IMG/VR virus record: IMGVR_UViG_3300021180_000008
Coordinates: 9,568 to 73,567 of that record
From: a virus
Direction: 5' to 3' (one strand)
Length of the DNA stretch: 64,000 bases
Below the pieces are notes generated by a model that saw nothing but the letters and a program-made list of their open reading frames with translations, did not search any database and was not told where the DNA came from. Both the position numbers and the translations under genes were made by a program. Numbering within the stretch: position 1 is the first letter of the stretch; every line of letters starts with the position of its first letter. Below, piece after piece: positions 1-8,857 of this stretch.

Positions 1-326
1 AGCTAGTTCTATATCAATAGGGTATTTATCAATGGGGTTATTCCTAATGGAGTAACATTCTATGACTAGATACATCGCCTCTACACTATTCAAAGACAAA
101 GATGGGCTTATTATGCCCTTCCTATTCAAATATGACTCTGGTAAAGAGTGGCCGGAAGAATCATTCGAACGTGTTAAACGCTACATAGAAGATAAGAAAG
201 ATGTTATCTATTATGCGGGTAGGCCATACGCTTGCTATACCGATCCTTTCTATTCTAATGCATGGCCTAATATAGATGATGACTACTCATTCTTATTTAG
301 ATCAGACAAAAGAAAGGAAACTAACT

Positions 327-572
327 ATGTCAACAACAGACCAACACAGCCAATCCACAATCACAGCACCAGATAAGAAATCATCTTGTATTGATCATGC
401 TGAATATGATACAGAAAATCGTGTATTAACAATCAGATATAACTCTGGTTCTGTATATGATTATGCTAATGTACCTATGTCTATAGTTACTGACTTGTTA
501 AATGCAGAGTCAAGAGGCAAGTTTGTACATGCTAAGATACAGGGTTTCTATGATTATACCAAAAGAGGTTAA
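327..572 (+). CDS. KTSC domain protein
   Basis: SS-I-HAEYD...L-I-Y-SG-VYDY-NVP...LL-A-S-GKF pattern typical of KTSC; AAGGA SD before ATG 327 (start trimmed from the ORF track). Confidence 0.85.
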   Translation: MSTTDQHSQSTITAPDKKSSCIDHAEYDTENRVLTIRYNSGSVYDYANVPMSIVTDLLNAESRGKFVHAKIQGFYDYTKRG

Positions 573-599
573 CAAGGTAATGTGAATTCATTATCTAAA

Positions 600-675
600 G
601 GACGAAACAATAAGGCATCTGAGTTATCAGTCTAAGTCCTTATCGTCGTATGGTTACGCCATACCTGATGAGTCC
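600..675 (+). ncRNA. Type II hammerhead ribozyme, predicted cleavage after C647 (GUC)
   Basis: GGAC(600-603)-GAAA-stem III(608-615/638-645)-UC-stem I GUAUGG/CCAUAC(648-653/659-664)-CUGAUGA(665-671)-GUCC(672-675); full conserved core in an intergenic gap. Confidence 0.9.
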
Positions 676-726
676 AGCGGTCACTCAAGGGTTACTATCA
701 TCGTTGCGTTGCGTCATGGGGCTATA

Positions 727-1107
727 ATGAAACGTATCTTAATCAACAACACATTCGTACACGACCTAGGTCATAACTATGTAATGCTTAAATGTAAAAC
801 CCAACAGGGTAGGCGCTTATGCTACATATACCAAGGCAAGCTAGAGCTAGTGGAAGATCATGTACACTATACCACCCAATCAATCACCTCTCGTAAGAAT
901 GAATTGGTCAGATGGTTTGGTGCTGGTAATAGACCGTACTTCCCTATCCTTATGCATGACTTAAAGAATGATGAGTCACCTGACCATCAACTCAATAGAA
1001 AAGAATACATGCGTATGCTTGCCAATGCACGTAAAGCTAGATACAGGGAACGTAAACGTAAACAAGCAGGGGAGACTAGGGATGCTGGATACAGAAGAGC
1101 AGCGTAG
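727..1107 (+). CDS. Hypothetical early protein
   Basis: ORF directly downstream of the hammerhead; no recognisable motif. Confidence 0.55.
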   Translation: MKRILINNTFVHDLGHNYVMLKCKTQQGRRLCYIYQGKLELVEDHVHYTTQSITSRKNELVRWFGAGNRPYFPILMHDLKNDESPDHQLNRKEYMRMLANARKARYRERKRKQAGETRDAGYRRAA

Positions 1108-1183
1108 ACTTGAAGCAGAGAGCGAATGTTTTCGCAGCGCACCGGAGCGTAGCGAGGAGCAAGAACAAGTATGCTTTAGGGAG

Positions 1184-1591
1184 ATGAATAATGTTGAGCA
1201 AGTATCAGATGAATTGTTAATACGCAGAGCGAGGTTAAAACAAGATGGGGTATCTCAAAACTATAAAGATAGGTCTGATCAGGAAGCTGAAGGGACAGCC
1301 GAGGGAATACGTAGTAATGATGGGGAATGGCAAGAAGCTTCGGATGGTAGGGAACCGCCTAACCTGGATGAAGACCTCATTGTACTTCAAGAAGCAATCG
1401 TTAAAAAGGACATTGCTAAAGTTCGTGAACTTACCCGTCTACATGGTTATGGTATATTGGTACAGCCTAATAGATTTGGTAACGCTGCTATGCGGCTTGC
1501 AATGGACCACTCAACCAAAGAGATACAGCAATATATCTTTGAAGCAATCAGAGAGAACTCCCATTATAGGAACAAAGTCAGAGGACATTAG
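1184..1591 (+). CDS. Hypothetical protein with an ankyrin-repeat-like C-terminus
   Basis: GGGAG SD; LQEAIVKKDIAKVRELT...NRFGNAAMRLAMDHSTKEIQQYI resembles about 2 ankyrin repeats. Confidence 0.5.
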   Translation: MNNVEQVSDELLIRRARLKQDGVSQNYKDRSDQEAEGTAEGIRSNDGEWQEASDGREPPNLDEDLIVLQEAIVKKDIAKVRELTRLHGYGILVQPNRFGNAAMRLAMDHSTKEIQQYIFEAIRENSHYRNKVRGH

Positions 1592-1592
1592 T

Positions 1593-1838
1593 ATGCATAA
1601 GAATGCACCCTCATACAATCAATACATACAGGATATGATTGATCAAGAGCTGGGCTATGATGCTATGTATACCCCTTATAGTCAAAGGGCTGGATATGAA
1701 GCACCTTGGCCTAGGTCTAATTCAGATAGGGCATTCTTAGAAGACTTCTTAGATGATGAACCTAAAGCTACATTAGCGCCAGCTAAACCTGCACCTAAAG
1801 CACCAGTAAACGATCCTGACCTAAAGGATGTATTGTAA
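1593..1838 (+). CDS. Hypothetical protein
   Basis: GAGGA SD, ATG immediately after the previous stop. Confidence 0.55.
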   Translation: MHKNAPSYNQYIQDMIDQELGYDAMYTPYSQRAGYEAPWPRSNSDRAFLEDFLDDEPKATLAPAKPAPKAPVNDPDLKDVL

Positions 1839-1950
1839 TAATATTATATCATAGAGGTTAATATGATAACTATATTATCTTGGCTAAAGCTTTATAATAT
1901 CAATGATAAGGATGAGCATGAGTCCTTATACATAGGAGGATGTTACTATC

Positions 1951-2283
1951 ATGAAGCGTTTTTCACGGTCACAAGAGTTTCACAACGTTGAGTCAGATGA
2001 TATGGATATGCCTAAGATGGTTACACCTATCCCAATAGACCATAAGCGAGAAGCATTAGTATTAGAACAATTGACTAGTATGCTTATTCCTATACCACTA
2101 GGTAAATTTCCTAATCAATATGCTAATGCCTTAAAACGTCTAGCATACTTCTATGACTTAAGAACAATAGTAATACAGAACCTTAAAGATAATGGTAATG
2201 ATGAAGAAGCTATTAATCTTAATGATACTGTTATTAATATTAATATTCTTATTCAAGAGTACCATAAGAATACAGATATATAA
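1951..2283 (+). CDS. Hypothetical protein
   Basis: AGGAGG SD upstream. Confidence 0.6.
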   Translation: MKRFSRSQEFHNVESDDMDMPKMVTPIPIDHKREALVLEQLTSMLIPIPLGKFPNQYANALKRLAYFYDLRTIVIQNLKDNGNDEEAINLNDTVININILIQEYHKNTDI

Positions 2284-2378
2284 AGTTAAGGTAGCCTTAG
2301 AATCAAGCTTACGAATTGATATGTTAAGTTCTCTTGTTTAAGAAACTAAACTATATAAGTAATTCTTAATACTTATTA

Positions 2379-2407
2379 AGTATATCATAGATTCGAATCA
2401 AAGTCAA
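2379..2407 (-). promoter_or_regulatory. Sigma70-like promoter pointing leftward, antisense to the early genes
   Basis: Minus strand reads TTGACT-N17-TATACT with an extended TG, in an AT-rich intergenic gap. Confidence 0.55.
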
Positions 2408-2524
2408 TAGGGTATAATGTATAAGAATATCAATATCTTATATGTGATGCCCTTAGTTCTCTTCGCAGCTACGCTGCACCTAACCCCGTCGCGTTTCACC
2501 CCTTCCCTAATTACTGAGGTTTTG

Positions 2525-2869
2525 ATGAAGCTATTCATTGATGATGTAAGACTACCGTCACAAGTAGGTTTTAATAATGAAGAGTGGGTAATAGCCAGAA
2601 ACTATGATGAGGCCATAAAGATAATTGAAGAGCATAAGCCACAGCGTATCGCATTTGATCATGATCTTGCTGAGTGTCACTACCAAGGCACCCAAGGAAA
2701 TGAGAAGACGGGTTATGATATTGCTCTGTATCTAATAGAAAAAGATAATGAGACTGGTGATTATATAACAGCTGTATTTAACTATACAGTTCACAGTATG
2801 AATCCCGATGGAGCCCGTCGAATTAGGCAGGCCTTACATTCACATATGCGTAGGAAATTATTCCAATGA
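2525..2869 (+). CDS. Cyclic-phosphate-processing receiver-domain (cREC) protein
   Basis: MKLFIDDVR...IAFDHDL...TGYD...VHSMNPDG signature; GAGG SD. Confidence 0.8.
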   Translation: MKLFIDDVRLPSQVGFNNEEWVIARNYDEAIKIIEEHKPQRIAFDHDLAECHYQGTQGNEKTGYDIALYLIEKDNETGDYITAVFNYTVHSMNPDGARRIRQALHSHMRRKLFQ

Positions 2870-3547
2870 ATCTTAAAGACCTAGATAGAGTAACACAACT
2901 TAGCAAGTCAATCAAAGGATTACAGAACTCTATGGATATTATAACCAGAGGCAGTTCTGTCAGGGATATAATGATCACTGCTAATGTTATAACCAATAAC
3001 AATCAACCACCTATGAAGCTAACAGTTCCTATTGATCTTACAGGGGCTGTGTTGCTTGAGAATATCAGTACTAGGGTTGAGGCTTTAAAGACTGAACTAA
3101 AGGAACTTGGCGTAGAGGTTTAGTATGTGTGAAAGATTAACAATACAACAACAAAGGGGTAATACAATGACTAATAACAAGAAGCTTGCTACACTGGCTA
3201 TTATTGATGCTGCTGCAAAGAAACTGCCTCAGATACACGTAAGCCATAAGCCTCTGACCGCAACCATCGGTGAGATACTATCATCGGGCAATGCGAAACA
3301 ACGGCTGGCCGCTACTATTATGAAGATCAGGGCTGAAGATCCCAGACCAGAGGTGGCGTAACACATGTGGTTTTATGGTGGCATGGCTATACTTACTGTA
3401 CTATGCTTAACGTTTGTACACCCGACCAAGTGTACCAAAGAAATACCGTTTAGTGCGGGTAACTCTACGTTAGGTGTTGAGGGGACGTATTGTGCTCAAG
3501 AACAAGAACTTCCATCTAGGTGGGATAAGTGGGTAGGTAATAAATGA
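2866..3547 (+). other. Three small hypothetical early genes (2866-3123, 3167-3361, 3365-3547)
   Basis: Tightly packed ORFs with overlapping or abutting start/stop codons. Confidence 0.55.
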
Positions 3548-3750
3548 AGATAAAGGAAATCCATAAACCAACCAATCTTGAATTTTCTGAAATTCATATG
3601 GGTGATGTATTTCGCTATAAAGATGTACTTTATATGAAGATACCAGCAGTGGATAGTCGTAATTGTGTAACTTTAGATCGTGGTATACTGGCTAAGTTCA
3701 GCCCAGAAACATTTGTTGAACTGGTCAATGGCTCGTTTGTGGAGGAATAA
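3544..3750 (+). CDS. Small beta-rich hypothetical protein (paralog of 4193-4432)
   Basis: F-(S/E)...GDVF...Y(M/L)(K/R)I...N(C/A)V-L pattern shared with 4193-4432. Confidence 0.65.
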   Translation: MKIKEIHKPTNLEFSEIHMGDVFRYKDVLYMKIPAVDSRNCVTLDRGILAKFSPETFVELVNGSFVEE

Positions 3751-3754
3751 TACT

Positions 3755-4072
3755 ATGAAATATCAACTATTATCATTGGCTATATTACTGTGTCTAGCAG
3801 CCTGTGATCAACCACATAGACCAACACCTATGTTCTATAATGGTGAAAGAGTTATAACTAAAGTAGGTCACCTAGACGCTATGGTTATTAATTCTGATTG
3901 CTGGGATGGAGACGATGTCTGTAGCTATGATATACGCATGTATAAGAGTGAATCAGCTACTAATACACACATAACTTCTGATGATGGATACATAGCTGCT
4001 GATCAGTTTGCTATTGTACATGTCAGAGAATTTGAGATAGAGAAAGTTAAGATACTAGGAGTAAAACGATGA
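3755..4072 (+). CDS. Putative lipoprotein
   Basis: MKYQLLSLAILLCLAAC signal peptide ending in a lipobox; GGAGG SD. Confidence 0.65.
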   Translation: MKYQLLSLAILLCLAACDQPHRPTPMFYNGERVITKVGHLDAMVINSDCWDGDDVCSYDIRMYKSESATNTHITSDDGYIAADQFAIVHVREFEIEKVKILGVKR

Positions 4073-4192
4073 AAGACTTCTTCTGTTTTATATTTGGATT
4101 GGCTTTTGCTATCTTCATATTAATCAGTATTATATTCTTGACTATAGATTTCTGGTCTTGGATTGGCTTACCTATTCCACATAGAGGTTAAT

Positions 4193-4432
4193 ATGATCAT
4201 ACAATTTCCTAAGCACAACATAACAAGACCATTTAGTATGGTTGCGGTTGGAGATGTCTTTGAGGTCGATGGGGTTCACAACACCTTCTATCTGCGTATC
4301 CATGAGAAAGAATCCAGGGATGGTATACCTATGAATGCGGTAAATCTTTCACTAAACAAGACCTCTAATTTAAACAATGAAGCAGTATGTCGTGTATTAA
4401 AAGCCCGAGTAATAATTGGAGATGATGAATGA
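4193..4432 (+). CDS. Small beta-rich hypothetical protein
   Basis: GAGG SD; similar to 3544-3750. Confidence 0.65.
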   Translation: MIIQFPKHNITRPFSMVAVGDVFEVDGVHNTFYLRIHEKESRDGIPMNAVNLSLNKTSNLNNEAVCRVLKARVIIGDDE

Positions 4433-5360
4433 CTATTAAACCAAAACCAGATGATAACTTCGGAGCTACAGCTACTCAAGCTATGAAAGAAGCTTTCTGT
4501 AAAGCTTGTAAGAAGGGTGTCCAAACACCACACGCATGTCCTAACAATGGAGCTGCTGCGGATATCGTTAAGGCTGAGGACTTAGGTCCACGTCGTAAGG
4601 GCGAGAGCTGTAGGGATTGGTTGGAGCGTGTATCTGAACCATTGGGTGCCTAGTATGATGTATAGTATCTGGAACTATAATAATATACCGTACGTAAAGA
4701 AAGTTACCAATAACATGAAGATTAAGACTTCCACTAAGTTCATGGTCGCCGCCTTAACTGCTTGTGTATCTCCGTTTGTAACTTGGCGTATTTATCATTG
4801 GTATTACACTAGACTAGATGAACTAGGTAAAGCCATTGGCTGGAATGACAACGCTATAGGTTTAATGGAGTTTCTGACTTCCATTATAATTATCGCTTGT
4901 ATAGTTATAGGTATATTACTGAAGGTTGTAGACAATGACTAGACACTACACCTCATTAGGTGATCTATTAATGTTAGCAAAAGGGAGATCTACTATCATG
5001 CCGTTATCAGCCAAAGCTAAAGAAGTAGCTACTAAAAACAATATCATTAATACTATTGCCTATAATCTAGTAGAGATGATTGAAGATGGTGTTGTTAAGC
5101 TCGCAGATGTACAGAACGTCGTGGCTTTGTTTGAGTTTAAAACAGAGCTTCTTCTTAGAGTTAAAGAAGAGCTGACTGAAACTCAAATAGAGAACAGTAT
5201 AGATCTTGAAGACGACGATGCTGACCTGCGTGAGCTTCCTGACGTAGAGGATGATCCTTTTGAATTGTCTGAAATCCAAGAGCATATCGAAGATACTGCA
5301 ACTCAAGATCCATTCGATATACCACCTGCAAATGCTATTGAGGATGATATCGGTGAATAA
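4429..5360 (+). other. Three small hypothetical genes (4429-4653; 4715-4942 with 2 TM helices; 4935-5360 with acidic C-terminus)
   Basis: Overlapping stop/start junctions; composition. Confidence 0.55.
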
Positions 5361-5366
5361 TTCAGT

Positions 5367-5473
5367 TCAGTCTATGGTGTTAGTGCCACGAAGCACAAGT
5401 AGCTACTATGGTTAGTGTATCAGGCTTGTTCGATTCAAGGCTTGAGGCTATGTTCGTTAGCACCATAGACTGA
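5367..5473 (+). ncRNA. tRNA-like element lacking an anticodon arm, enclosed by a 19-bp stem
   Basis: 5367-5385 pairs with 5455-5473 (3 G-U); inside are TAGCT..GG..AGT (D-arm-like) and CTTG-TTCGATT-CAAG (T-arm-like). Confidence 0.55.
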
Positions 5474-5490
5474 TTCAATTAAGGAGCCAC

Positions 5491-5877
5491 ATGAAAGAAG
5501 AGACAGTAGAAGATCTAAAATCTCAGATATGTACATTACAAAATAGACTGTATACAAAGCTAGATGCTGAAGCTGAACAGGAAGTACTAGCTAGTCTGGG
5601 TAAATTCTATTTAAAGCGCAAGCATGACGATTCTATAGACTATATCTATGTACACAAAGCTAGACATATAGCAACATCAAAGCTAATGATCGATTCTTTT
5701 ACTGTTGTGCCTAGGCCTAGTCAATATCGTTTAGCTCTATGTTGCAATAGATGGGTTGAGGTTAGTGCTGACCGACTAGTTGGTTATACAGAATGCTCTA
5801 AAGAAATCTTTATAGATGCTTGGCAAGAAGCTACAGCGGAAGAATATAATAGATACAGATTATACGGTACGACTTGA
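5491..5877 (+). CDS. Hypothetical protein
   Basis: AAGGAG SD. Confidence 0.7.
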   Translation: MKEETVEDLKSQICTLQNRLYTKLDAEAEQEVLASLGKFYLKRKHDDSIDYIYVHKARHIATSKLMIDSFTVVPRPSQYRLALCCNRWVEVSADRLVGYTECSKEIFIDAWQEATAEEYNRYRLYGTT

Positions 5878-5880
5878 AGA

Positions 5881-6075
5881 TGCTTAACTGATCGAGCCAT
5901 TCCTCGACAATAGCATGGGTAGTCACATGTCAATCCCTGTGTGAGTCGGAGTTCCTAGCCAGGAATAGTGCGAAGTCTTATTGCATTAAGCGCAGAATAT
6001 CAGAAGATCCTCTTTAGGCCCCGTATCATACCCAGCCTAAATAAGTCCACGCGGTTGAAAGCCCGAGGCTGGGTA
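5881..6075 (+). ncRNA. Candidate structured RNA upstream of the NAD-reconstitution genes
   Basis: Multi-branch fold 5881-5992 plus a perfect 10-bp stem TACCCAGCCT/AGGCTGGGTA (6029-6038/6066-6075). Confidence 0.4.
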
Positions 6076-6310
6076 AGTCATTCAAAGAAAGGCTATACAA
6101 TGGAAGATGAAGAAGTTCCGGTTAACCAAGATGATCCTTGGGATAATGAACATGATCAGGCGGTGTCATGAGTGACAAAGACTTTCCATTAAGTCATTAT
6201 CAAGAGACTAAGTGTAAAGCCTGTGACTCATGTTATAGATACAGACTAGACAATAAGTGTATCTATGGCGGTCCATTTCGTTTTGTAGATAGTGAAGGAA
6301 AGAAAATAGA

Positions 6311-7057
6311 ATGTCCTGTAAACTCTTAGACGGTAGATTTGAATCTAAAGTATGGGCTGGTGGTGAGGTTCATGTCAGAGTACTAGAGCACGAAGGCATT
6401 CAAGCTTTAGTAACAGCTATCTTACACAACTCTCAAGACATAATGGAAATGCTTCTGTTGTGTGACGCACTTAAAGCTTTAGGTAAAGAGATATGGCTAA
6501 CCATTCCCTACCTTCCCTATGCTAGACAAGACAGGCGTTGTAAGATTGGTGAAGCTTTTAGCTTAAAGCTTATGGCTGATCTGATTAACTCCATTGAAGC
6601 TAACACTGTATCGCTCTACGATGTTCATTCTATTGTAGCACAAGCATTGATTTATAACTGTAGTAATCATACAGCCCATGATCTTATAGGTGACTCAGAT
6701 ATCTATAAAGATAAACTACTAGTATGCCCCGATGCTGGTGCAGAGAAGCGTGTACTAGAATTCCAGAAGCCCTATATCATGGCTACTAAGGTACGTGACC
6801 CCCTTACTGGTGACATCATCGACACCAGAGTTCAGACCACAGACCTAGCTGGTAAAGACTGCATAGTAATAGATGATATCTGCGATGGTGGTAGAACATT
6901 CATAGCCCTTGCTAAAGCCTTACAAGAAAAGAACTGTGGTGAGCTTAGCCTATATGTTACACATGGTATCTTTAGTCAAGGCTCAGAGAACTTAAAGAAG
7001 TATTATAAACATATCTATTGTTACGATTATGAGAAAGGGACTATCCGATGTATGTAA
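6311..7057 (+). CDS. Ribose-phosphate pyrophosphokinase homolog (likely Adps of NARP1)
   Basis: GGEVHV, PYLPYARQDR, DVHS, PDAGA, VIDDICDGGRTF, YVTHG motifs. Confidence 0.92.
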   Translation: MSCKLLDGRFESKVWAGGEVHVRVLEHEGIQALVTAILHNSQDIMEMLLLCDALKALGKEIWLTIPYLPYARQDRRCKIGEAFSLKLMADLINSIEANTVSLYDVHSIVAQALIYNCSNHTAHDLIGDSDIYKDKLLVCPDAGAEKRVLEFQKPYIMATKVRDPLTGDIIDTRVQTTDLAGKDCIVIDDICDGGRTFIALAKALQEKNCGELSLYVTHGIFSQGSENLKKYYKHIYCYDYEKGTIRCM

Positions 7058-8508
7058 ATCCACTCACCAGTATTGACTTCTACAAAGCCGATCACCGTAG
7101 GCAATACCCTAAAGGCACAAGTCTGGTGTATAGTAACTTTACACCTAGGTCTAATAAGCTTAGCAACTTACCAAATAACAATGATCATATTGTATTCTTT
7201 GGTTTGCAATACTTTATTAAGTATTTCCTTGAAGATTGTTTCGCACAAGGCTTCTTTTCTCAAGCTAAGAAGGATGTGGTCAAGGCCTACAAGCGTAGGA
7301 TGGACAATGCCTTGGGTAAGGACGCTATTCCAGTAGATCATATCGAAGCTCTACATGACCTAGGCTACCTGCCTATTGAGATAAGGGCATTGCCTGAGGG
7401 CTCTAAGGTTGATATGCGAGTACCTTGTGTAACAATCCATAACACTAAGCCAGAGTTCTATTGGTTGGTTAATTACCTAGAGACCATACTCTCAAGCTTC
7501 CTTTGGAAGTCATGTGTCTCTGCGACTACAGCAGCATGGTATAGGAATTTGTTTGATAAGTATTGTAAAGAGACTGGTGGGGATAATACCTTTGTCCCTT
7601 TCCAAGGCCATGACTTTTCATTCAGGGGTATGAGCGGGGTTCAGGATGCAGCACTGTCGGGAGCAGGGCATCTACTATCATTTGTTGGCACGGATACTGT
7701 ACCAGCCATAGACTTTATGGAACAGTATTATAATGCTAACTCTGACCAGATGCTGGTGGGATGTAGTGTTCCGGCAACTGAGCATAGTGTTATGTGTATG
7801 GGAAGTGAGAAAGGCGAATATGAAACATTTAAAAGGCTTGTTACTGAACTTTATCCAAAGGGAATCGTATCTATCGTATCTGATACTTGGGATTTCTGGA
7901 ACGTACTTACTGATTACCTTCCTAAACTAAAAGAAGTAATCATGGCTAGGGAAGGTAAGGTAGTGATCAGACCTGACTCAGGCGATCCAGTTAAAATCAT
8001 TTGTGGCGATCCTGATGCTATGAAAGATACCCCTACGTATCATGGAGCTGTAGAGACATTATGGAGGACATTCGGTGGGACTGTTAACGCTAAAGGATTT
8101 AAGCTACTTGATCCTCATATTGGTATCATTTACGGGGATAGCATTACTCCTGAAAGAGCAGAGACGATCTTGGCCAAGCTCAAAGAGAAGGGTTTTGCTT
8201 CGACTAATATCGTGTTTGGGATTGGTTCTTTTACTTATAATTTCGTTACTAGGGATACTTACGGATTTGCAGTAAAGGCTACGTATGGTGAAGTCAATGG
8301 TGTGGGTAGAGACATCTTCAAACAACCAAAGACTGACGATGGAACGAAGAATTCGGCTAGAGGTATTCTAGCTGTAAGGAAAGGGAAACTATATGATAAA
8401 CAAAACTCACTTGACGTTGAGTCAGACCTTAAAACTGTGTTTGTTGATGGTGTTCTCAAAGTCGACGAGAATTTATCAACTATTAGAAAACGCTTAAAAG
8501 GGGAATGA
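7048..8508 (+). CDS. Nicotinamide phosphoribosyltransferase homolog (likely Namat of NARP1)
   Basis: DFYKADH, HDFSFRG, GTDT, SVPATEHS, SDTWD, IRPDSGDP, IYGDSIT, FGIGS motifs. Confidence 0.93.
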   Translation: MYVNPLTSIDFYKADHRRQYPKGTSLVYSNFTPRSNKLSNLPNNNDHIVFFGLQYFIKYFLEDCFAQGFFSQAKKDVVKAYKRRMDNALGKDAIPVDHIEALHDLGYLPIEIRALPEGSKVDMRVPCVTIHNTKPEFYWLVNYLETILSSFLWKSCVSATTAAWYRNLFDKYCKETGGDNTFVPFQGHDFSFRGMSGVQDAALSGAGHLLSFVGTDTVPAIDFMEQYYNANSDQMLVGCSVPATEHSVMCMGSEKGEYETFKRLVTELYPKGIVSIVSDTWDFWNVLTDYLPKLKEVIMAREGKVVIRPDSGDPVKIICGDPDAMKDTPTYHGAVETLWRTFGGTVNAKGFKLLDPHIGIIYGDSITPERAETILAKLKEKGFASTNIVFGIGSFTYNFVTRDTYGFAVKATYGEVNGVGRDIFKQPKTDDGTKNSARGILAVRKGKLYDKQNSLDVESDLKTVFVDGVLKVDENLSTIRKRLKGE

Positions 8509-8509
8509 T

Positions 8510-8857
8510 ATGAGATTCGCAAATGAGAATGGCTATTATGAACTCAACGACTTCCCCGGCAACCACCAAATAGTTGTCTCTAATCATGCTCATATTCACC
8601 CACATTTAAGAGGTAAAGGGCTAGGGCAGATAGAGCATCTGCAGCGTTTGCATAAAATGCGTGATCTAGGATACGATTACACCATTTGTACTGTAGCTAA
8701 AGACAATGAAGTTCAATCGCACATCCTGAATAAGATGGATTGGCGGGAGTTAGCTTCGTTCTGGGTTCCGTATACAGGAGAAATACTTCTTTATGGCAGA
8801 CCTTTACTTTCAATTCCGAAAACAATAGCTGATGTTAAACCAAGGAGCAGAACATGA
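8510..8857 (+). CDS. GNAT-like acetyltransferase
   Basis: HPHLRGKGLG acetyl-CoA motif A; N...S-HIL-KM-W motif B-like. Confidence 0.65.
   Translation: MRFANENGYYELNDFPGNHQIVVSNHAHIHPHLRGKGLGQIEHLQRLHKMRDLGYDYTICTVAKDNEVQSHILNKMDWRELASFWVPYTGEILLYGRPLLSIPKTIADVKPRSRT

Noticed and set aside
11-55. Short ATCAAT(A/G)GGG-like repeats at the window start as iterons or terminal repeats
   Set aside because: Only 2-3 degenerate copies at the truncated edge; cannot be judged.
5391-5450. Canonical tRNA gene
   Set aside because: No anticodon arm, imperfect acceptor stem and no CCA; reported as tRNA-like instead.
6029-6085. Twister or pistol ribozyme (TAAATA and GGT-TGA-AAGCCC resemble their motifs)
   Set aside because: The required pseudoknots and cleavage-site context could not be assembled.
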